A DNA stretch of 16,092 nt from Octopus sinensis (Eukaryota): the NCBI RefSeq assembly GCF_006345805.1, contig NW_021825292.1:1-16092 (forward strand), read 5' to 3'. A model generated the notes under the pieces. The model had not been told where the DNA came from, did no database searches, and saw only the letters and a list, made by a program, of their open reading frames with translations. Of this stretch, positions 8,330-16,092 are shown piece by piece. The translations under genes and the position numbers were made by a program. How positions within the stretch are numbered: the stretch's first letter is position 1; each line of letters begins with the position of its first letter.

Positions 8330-8485
8330 TTTCTCTCTCTCACTCTCTGTCTGTCTTCCTTTCTTACTTTCCACCCCCACCATCACCCACCACCACCACC
8401 ACCACCACCACCACCACCACCACCACCACCACCACCACCACCACCACCACCACCACCACCGCCAACACCATCACCATCACCATGA
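8330..8485. repeat. (CT)n followed by long (CAC)n trinucleotide tract
   Basis: Directly visible; near-pure (CCA)n from about 8388 to 8460. Confidence 0.95.
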
Positions 8486-8554
8486 TTACTAAGAATTTAA
8501 TTTTCTTTATGATTGCAGAAAGTTATATAATGTGAATGTCAATGTAATACCTTA

Positions 8555-8665
8555 CATATGTGTGTGTGCGCGTGCGTATGTGTGTGTGTGTTAGTATATG
8601 TGTACGTATGTATGTATATATGTAGGTATGTATGTATGCATGTATGTATGTACGTGCGTACATAC
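8555..8665. repeat. (TG)n/(TATG)n microsatellite
   Basis: Directly visible. Confidence 0.9.
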
Positions 8666-8954
8666 GTATCGTAAAAGAAGCTACACGTTGGTGAACGCGA
8701 AATACAGTCAACGGAAAGCCAAAACGGAAGTAAAACGCACATCTCGCACAAATTTTGAAGGTGTTCTAATTAGCGGAGAAATAACAAGCAAAAGGTAAAT
8801 ATATGAAATAAAACGAAAACAGAATACGAATATAAACGAAGAATATCAAAACGAAAATCTTATCTATAGAGCAAATCTACACACACACACATACACATGT
8901 GTGTGAGTATGTGTATATGTTGTTAAGAGAGAAATAAATGTTATATAATAACTT

Positions 8955-8986
<32 letters not shown>

Positions 8987-9249
8987 CGAAGTAGCATGAG
9001 CGAGTTGCGTGTATATATGAAGTGTATAGCGGAAGTCAATGCATTTCATTGAAATAGAGAGCGAACCTTTATTGTATTGCATCAAGCTAGCGTATGAAAT
9101 TTTGCATGTTTAGAGAAATGAGATATTTTCGCTATTGTGTGATAACTGATATCAAAATATACTCGAGAGATAAAGGCCCAGCTATTTGAGTACAATTAGA
9201 GTCACGTGTAGAAAGAACTGAAGGTCTCAGGCACAAACATTTTCTGTAA

Positions 9250-9263
9250 TGTATGTGTGTGTA

Positions 9264-9316
<53 letters not shown>

Positions 9317-9350
9317 GTAAGTGAGTGAGAGAGAGAGAGAAAGAGAGAGG
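9250..9350. repeat. (TG)n-(GA)n compound microsatellite
   Basis: Directly visible. Confidence 0.95.
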
Positions 9351-9451
9351 GAAAGAGTATGTTCATGGTCATGTATGTATATACCGAAAATCTGACTGGT
9401 GCTGACAAAAGATTCATTAATCGTTACTCCGAGGTTTCTGGTTGGCATTTT

Positions 9452-9695
9452 TCGGACATGAGAAAGAAAGGATTCTCCTAAGTTAAGGTTTGTGGAAATT
9501 TTTCAGGTTCGCTAAAATTTATTTATCTATCTATCTATCTATCTATATATTTATCTATGCTTTTACCTACCTCTCTTCGTATCTATATCTTTATTTATCA
9601 GCCGGCCTACCTACCGACCATTTTGTGTATGCATGCATGCATGTATGTATGTATGTATGCATGTATGTATGTATGTATGTATTATGTATGTATGC

Positions 9696-9726
<31 letters not shown>

Positions 9727-9794
9727 AATCTATCTACGATCTATCTATCTATCTTTCAATCTATCTATGATATATCTATCTATCTATCTATGAG

Positions 9795-9843
<49 letters not shown>

Positions 9844-9910
9844 GGACATGAGAAAGAAAGGATTCTCCTAAGTTAAGGTTTGTGGAAATTTTTCAGGTTC
9901 GCTAAAATTT
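9452..9910 (+). repeat. Perfect 69-bp direct repeat (9452-9520, 9842-9910) enclosing a 321-bp (ATCT)n/(ATGT)n block
   Basis: TCGGACATGAGAAAGAAAGGATTCTCCTAAGTTAAGGTTTGTGGAAATTTTTCAGGTTCGCTAAAATTT is identical in both copies. Confidence 0.95.
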
Positions 9911-10259
9911 GTAAGCTCGCTCTAATTACTTTCATTATTAAGAACTCTTTCCGCCATCTTCTTTTTGGGTTATCGTTGTTTTATACACAGGTACATATCT
10001 ATGTGTGTGCATGTATTTGTAAGTACGTGTGTATGTGAGTGTGTATATGTATGCGTGCAAGTGGGTGAGCGCGCGAGCGTGTGGGTATTCATGTAATGTG
10101 TGAACTGCCTCAGGCAATATGGTTAGGCTATGTGTAGTGAGATAACAAGGAATACTGTTACAAGTAGAGGTTAGAAAAGATCCCTCACCCCACCCTCCAA
10201 ATTGAACAAAAATGGCAGTAAAGCACAAGAAGATATAAGGAGGTTTAGTTTTTCAATAA

Positions 10260-10870
<611 letters not shown>

Positions 10871-11576
10871 ATGCTTACGTACGTTGCACATACGGCCAGC
10901 TCACCTTCAAAGGAGACATTCATTATGTTGTTAATTTCAATATATTTTTATAAAGCAGTTATATCTAGCTAGCGGGTACTCAGATTCGGATAATAGGAGT
11001 CTTGATTAACACCAGTCCTGATTAGTGAAATCAATGCGTCTTCCTTACACTAGGGACTCTTACTTAATAGGACTATATATATATACATTTTGATGAATTT
11101 TAGCAACACATTTCTGTGCACAAACTTTGCTAACGCCTCATACTCTCTGCATGGTTGTAAATAAGATTGTTTTAATGTCTATTGACACACTTTACTAAGA
11201 ATAGTTTTCAACAAAATCTGTCGTTGTTTGGCCTGCGAGATATACCTTACGCTTCAATCGAACCCGTGAAAGCTTATATATTAAGCCATACACAGCAGAA
11301 CTTCGCAGTACGAATGCACCTTTGTATGAGTAATTTGCTGTACGAGCCGAGGCTTGTGCGAATTCTTGTGTTGACGTACGAGCGAAATCCGCAGTACGAA
11401 CGAATTTCATACAAGCAGCCGCTAGTCGGCGAACACGCCCTTCCAGCAAGCGCAGTCTTCGCTCGCTCAGTTCACTTGTTTATCTCGCTGCGGCAGCATC
11501 TCTATTGTGTTTTTCCCAATGATTTTATTTTTCTATATTTTTGCTGTTATTTTATAATAGTTAGCTTGTATTAGCC

Positions 11577-12118
11577 ATGAATCCTAAGAAGGTTAGTGCA
11601 AAGGACAATGCTGAGAAGCAGGAAAAGCTGATTACGATAGAATTGAAGAAGGAAATCATAAATAGACATGAGAGAGGAGAGCTTGTAGTGGACATAGCAT
11701 GTCAATACGACCGTAGCACGTCGACGATCTGCACCATCCTGAAGAAAAAGGACGAGATTAAGGCCGTTACAACAGCAAACGGTGTCTCCAGGCTCTCCAA
11801 GCAACGCACATCTGTCCACAAAAGTCCTGTAGTTCAACGAGAAAGCACGAGCACTGTATGGAGATCTCCTGAAGCAGAACCTTGGAACATCGATGGAGGT
11901 GACATCAGCAGACGCATTTAAGGCCAGTCGCGGCTGGTTCGATAGTTTCAAGAAGAGGACTGGTGTTCATAGCGTTGTCAGGTATGGAGAAGCAGTGAGA
12001 TCTGACATGAAGGCAGCTATAGATTTCATGCGTGAATTCCATCAGCTCATCGCAGCCGAAGGGTATATCACACAGCAGGTATTCAACTGTGATGAAACTG
12101 GCCTCTTTTGAAAAAAAA
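11577..12118 (+). pseudogene. TIGD1-like/Tigger transposase pseudogene, N-terminal part (CENP-B-type HTH domains to first catalytic D)
   Basis: MNPKK...ITIELKKEII.RHERG..VVDIA.QYDRSTSTICTILKKKDEIK (HTH-psq). After a frameshift, EKARALYGDLL...FKASRGWFDSFKKRTG (second HTH) and QQVFNCDETGLF*KK, where conserved W is replaced by TGA at 12109-12111. Confidence 0.92.
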
Positions 12119-12123
12119 TAAAC

Positions 12124-12546
12124 ATAGGCGCAAGAGTGGCTGTGTGGTAAGTAGCTTGCTTACCAACCACATGGTTCCGGGTTCAGTCCCACTGCGTGGC
12201 ATCTTGGGCAAATGTCTTCTACTATATAGCCTCGGGCCAACCAAAGCCTTGTGAGTGGATTTGGTAGACGGGAACTGAAAGAAGCCCGTCATAAATATGT
12301 ATATATATATATATGAGTGTGTATGTTCGTGTGTCTGTGTTTGTCCCCCTAGCATTGCTTAACAACCGATGCTGGTCTGTTTACGTCGCCGTCACTTAGC
12401 GGTTCGGCAAAAAGAGACCGATAGAATAAGTACTGGGCTTACAAAGAATAAGTCCCGGGGTCAATTTGCTCGACTAAAGGCGGTGCTCCAGCATGGCGGC
12501 AGTCAAATGACTGAAACAAGTAAAAGAATAAAAAGAATAAGAGAGT
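12124..12546 (+). mobile_element. Family A SINE, full length, inserted into the transposase
   Basis: Colinear with 1795-2207. It splits the conserved F(W)KK|MxRKTYI transposase motif exactly. Confidence 0.95.
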
Positions 12547-12724
12547 ATGTCCAGAAAAACCTACATAATTGCAGAGGAGAAGAAAATGCTAGGTGATAAG
12601 CCTATGAAAGATAGGATACTTCTCGCCCTTTGTGCGAATGTGGGTGGAGATTAAGCCGTTCCTTGTCTACCATTCCGAAATCCCACGAGCGTTCAAGTCA
12701 CAAAAAATCATGAAGGAAAAGCTG
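12547..12724 (+). pseudogene. Continuation of Tigger transposase (DDE domain start), frameshifted and truncated
   Basis: MSRKTYIIAEEKKMLGDKPMKDRILLALCANVGGD, then a frameshift, then KPFLVYHSEIPRAFKSQKIMKEKL. This matches the family pattern MP.RTYI..EEK..PGHKPMKDRLTL.LCANASGD.K.KPLLVYHSENPRAF. Confidence 0.9.
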
Positions 12725-13268
12725 ACAAAAAATAGATATAAGCATCCTGTTTGACAAAAAATCCAGCATTCCAATTAAAGAGTATAAAATCCACAGTATT
12801 GTCTCCCCTTATTCACAGGAACTGGATAACTCCTACCCCATTTCCTGTTTTGACACACAAACACCCAACTTTTTCAAACAAAACACTACACTTAAACACA
12901 AGCATCCTAACCCTCCAAAGAAGTCTTTCCATGGACTATTATTGAACTCTGAAAGCATAAAGACTCTACAATATATTGGTTTACTTATTTATTAATTTTT
13001 GTATATATGTATTATTATTTTTTTGAAAAAAACATTGTAAATTTCTGTTTTCCCTTTCCTCAATTTAAAAAAAAAATTAGCCTTCCAAATCTTGAAAATT
13101 TGCCTTGCCGTGGAAACCGGTTTGACTTCTTTTTAAATTTTTTCATACACCCATTTTTAGTAAAATTTACTTTCAGTTTAACATTCTGACTTATTATTTT
13201 TTCCCCTCCTATCATTTCTCCACGTGCGGTTAACACAACCCCGCCATTTACTGACTTATATATATATA

Positions 13269-13952
13269 CAGTGTACATTTAAACGCATAAGAGGTAACCA
13301 TCGTAGGATACCTGACACGCTAGAAGGAATAGCCAAAATCCAAACCACTATTAGGGATAAATTTCGAAGGGAATGAAAATTAAAAGCATTTACCATCTAT
13401 CTCCTGGACCATGGTTTCTGACTCTGTGCTAGCAAATAGAATAATTTGCTTGGCGGAGTCTTCATCAAGTGGTACGCTTAGATTAAATACATTAATACGA
13501 GGCAATCCAGCATGTGCCCCGTGATTATATATTATAATTTTTCAAATCCACCGTGCAGGCGCAGTTTTTTGTCGGGAGCAAATGAAATAATGCCGGCGAA
13601 ACTGCGAAAATTTGCCAAAAATTATCAATAATTAATAATATCAGGGTAAGAAAAAAATTTAGAAATTTTTTACTACCAGTAGCCTAGCGTGTAGAAAAAT
13701 TAGTCAATAGGTTATATATTATTCCTATAAATTCAGTGTACATTTAAACACATAAGAGATAACCACCTTAGGGTACCTGGCACGCTAGAAGGAATAGCCA
13801 AAATCCAAACCACAATGAGAGATAAATTTCGAAGGGAATGAAAAATAAAAATATTTACGATCTGTCTCATGGACCGTGGTTTCTGACATTATATTAGCAA
13901 ATATAATAAGTTGCTATTCGGAGTCTTCATCAACAGGTACGCCTAGATTAAA
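13269..13952 (+). repeat. Ungapped 219-bp direct repeat (13269-13487, 13734-13952) with 246-bp unrelated spacer
   Basis: Manual alignment shows no indels and about 29 substitutions (about 87% identity, hand count). Confidence 0.9.
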
Positions 13953-14029
13953 CGATAGAAATGGAAAATGGAATAGAGCAGAAACTATATTGCTCACAAC
14001 GATCGTTTCGACCCACCTTCCTTCGATTA

Positions 14030-14130
14030 TACACACACATATATACATACAAGCATGTATGTACATACATACACATATATACTTCTACATGCAAACATAC
14101 ACACAAACACACACACACACGCACATACAT
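14030..14130. repeat. (CA)/(TACA)n microsatellite
   Basis: Directly visible. Confidence 0.9.
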
Positions 14131-14273
14131 ATGCTGTCACATGAAAACACGTACATAATCATTATCTAATCCAAAATCTTATCTTTTCAAGTGCTTTTGA
14201 GGCCCCACATCTATTATCATCCGACTGACTTTTTGACCAATAAATTTTCCCCCTAAATATAATCATCAATATG

Positions 14274-14653
14274 GGAAGCACTCCGTCGGTTACGACGACG
14301 AGGTGTTCCGGTTGATCCGAATCAACGGAACAGCCTGCTCGTGAAATTAACGTGAAGTGGCTGAGCACTACACAGACACGTGTAACCTTAACGCAGTTCT
14401 CGGGGATATTAGCGTGACACAGAGAGTGACAAGGCCAGCCCTTTGAAATACAGGTACAACAGAACAGGAAGTAAGAGTGAGAGAAAGTTTGGTGAAAGAG
14501 CACAGCAGGGATCACCACCATCCCCTGCCGGAGCCTCGTGGAGCTTTAGGTGTTTTCGCTCAATAAACCACTCACAACGCCCGTCTGGGAATCGAAACCA
14601 CGATCCTATGACCGCGAGTCCGCTGCCCTTACCACTGGGCCATTGCGCCTCCA
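14274..14653 (-). mobile_element. Family C SINE, full length, perfect 10-bp TSD
   Basis: TSD CATCAATATG at 14264-14273 and 14654-14663. The - strand head is GGAGGCGCAATGGCCCAGTGG...GGTTTCGATTCC. GGAC-TCG-CGGTC in the anticodon-arm position tentatively suggests a tRNA-Arg origin. Confidence 0.95.
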
Positions 14654-14763
14654 CATCAATATGACCAACATCATACATCACCAATCTGCACTGTGGGACT
14701 GACATGTTAAGGACAGAAAACTAATATACCTCAAATCTCAATCGACCTACACCATATGGAAGC

Positions 14764-15306
14764 TGATGGCAATCCCTCAAGGTTGAGGATGATGGTCTTC
14801 GCGCAAATTTACTGGTGAGTCCGTAGGTGACCGATAAGACCAATTCTTGCTTGAAAATATCGGTCGCAGTGCGGACATCTAGTGCCGGAAGGGAGAGTCG
14901 CACGTGGTTGTTGTTGGCGCTCCTTCCGTCGTCGTCTTTTCTCCTCCAGCTCTGCAGACCTTTTCGACTGGAAAGTCGCCGTTCCCTCATGGATGGTTTT
15001 TTCCAGAGTGGTCTGTCTTTTTGCCGTTTCCTCCCAGTTAGTGAAGTCGATGTCACACTTTTGAGGTTCGTTTTTCAGGGAGTCCTTGTAGCGTTTCTTC
15101 GGCCTCCTTAGGGTTACGCTTGCCGTCTTTTGAGTTGGGAGTAGAAGATCTGTTTGGGAAGTCGGTTCGTCAGTCATTCTAACCACGTGGCCGCTCCATC
15201 TTAGTTGGCCTTTGATGACATAGGCTTCGATGCTGGTCATTTTTGCTTCTTGTAGCACGCTGACGTTTGTTCTTCTGTCTTCCCAGCTGATGTTAAGGAT
15301 ATGCAA
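14764..15306 (-). mobile_element. 5'-truncated RTE-clade non-LTR retrotransposon (ORF2 C-terminus + short 3' UTR)
   Basis: ILNISWED..TN..VL...SIE....QLRWSGHVVRM...RPKKRYKDSLK, followed by terminal C2H2-like finger CPHCDRYFQARIGLIGHLRTH and stop at 14809-14811. A short 3' UTR carries a stem-loop and GGATTGCC, typical of RTE elements. Confidence 0.9.
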
Positions 15307-15499
15307 GCTATATGCATGATGGATAATATAGTCTAAGGGTAAAGCCGGCTGTTACTGGAGATTCCTCGAATTCTTTTTATCCATACTGCTTCCCTGATTG
15401 TGTATTCTTGGGACTAAACAACGAACACAAACCGTTATCGCAACTTTTCCATCGCCAACAACGCCACCATCTTACTCTTTGTTCCTCCTACCTCTACAA

Positions 15500-15817
15500 C
15501 TGTTCTTCCTCTTCCTCCTCCGTCTCCTATTCCTCCTCGTTTTCCTTTTTTCCTCTTTTCCTCCTCATCTTCCTTCTCTTCATTTTCTTTTTTCACTTTG
15601 CTTCCCTACCTCCTCCTCGTCGTCGTCGTCGTCGTTGACGTCGTCATTATCACCATCATAATCATCATCATAATCACCATCATAATCATCATAATAATCC
15701 TCATCACCACCATCACCACCACCATCATCAACAGCAGCAGCAGCAGCCTTCTCATTTTCAGGATCATTTAAATTATCGTGGTCACCATTGTCGTCGTCCT
15801 CGTCGTTATCGTCACAC

Positions 15818-15849
<32 letters not shown>

Positions 15850-15928
15850 GGTGGTGGTGGAGGTGGAGGTGGTAGTAGTAGTAGTAGTAGTAGTAATAGT
15901 AGTAGTAGTAGTGGTGGTGGTGGTGGTG

Positions 15929-15973
<45 letters not shown>

Positions 15974-15983
15974 TGGTGTGGTG

Positions 15984-16044
<61 letters not shown>

Positions 16045-16060
16045 CCGCAGCAGCAGCAGC
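15500..16060. repeat. Large compound trinucleotide array (TCC/TCT, GTC, ATC/ACC, CAG, GTA, GGT)
   Basis: Directly visible; source of the poly-T/D/L/S/G ORFs at 15580-16086. Confidence 0.95.
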
Positions 16061-16092
16061 ATTATCAACCTCGTCCTCTTGATCAACTTTTA

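Larger units (their letters stand above)
11293..12724 (+). mobile_element. Decayed pogo/Tigger-type (Tc1/mariner superfamily) DNA transposon, 3' end missing, interrupted by a SINE
   Basis: Candidate left terminus CAGCAGAACTTCGCAGTACGAA at 11293. Subterminal repeats CGCAGTACGAA (11304, 11390) and GTACGAGC (11340, 11376). Transposase remnant downstream. No right inverted repeat was found in the window. Confidence 0.8.

Noticed and set aside
9359-9520. Plus-strand frame MFMVMYVYTENLTGADKRFINRYSEVSGWHFSDMRKKGFS* and GTAAGC donor at 9911 with an 80-nt intron-like stretch to 9990
   Set aside because: There is an in-frame stop before the donor, the next 'exon' would be microsatellite, and the peptide is unrecognised.
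12730-12960. Strand-skewed C/A-rich segment with ORF 12751..12945 (possible NUMT or LINE remnant)
   Set aside because: No recognisable mitochondrial or RT motif in any frame; would need a database search.
14560-14653. Bona fide tRNA genes at SINE heads (also 1795, 4068, 6830-6901, 7217, 12124)
   Set aside because: Box A and box B are present, but there is no complete cloverleaf or acceptor stem, and each continues into a SINE body.

Overview
A repeat-saturated, AT-rich eukaryotic non-coding window (intergenic or intronic). It is most likely from an octopus (coleoid cephalopod); this is inferred from the SINE families and the very high microsatellite load. No intact host protein-coding gene can be supported, and almost all listed ORFs are translations of microsatellites or SINEs. 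Supported content: (i) about 11 copies or fragments of at least four tRNA-derived SINE families, called A-D here, several with target-site duplications (TSDs); (ii) a decayed pogo/Tigger (TIGD1-like) DNA transposon at 11293-12724, interrupted by a family A SINE; (iii) the 3' end of an RTE-clade LINE at 14764-15306 (-); (iv) a probable BEL/Pao LTR-retrotransposon 3' remnant at about 326-1114; (v) a probable Penelope-like fragment carrying a minimal hammerhead-ribozyme-like motif at 1325-1359 (-); (vi) many di-, tri- and tetranucleotide tracts. The most unusual structures are the hammerhead motif, a recurrent internally duplicated (183-bp unit) SINE form, a perfect 69-bp direct repeat enclosing a microsatellite insert, matching SINE/LINE 3' tails, and an ungapped 219-bp direct repeat.
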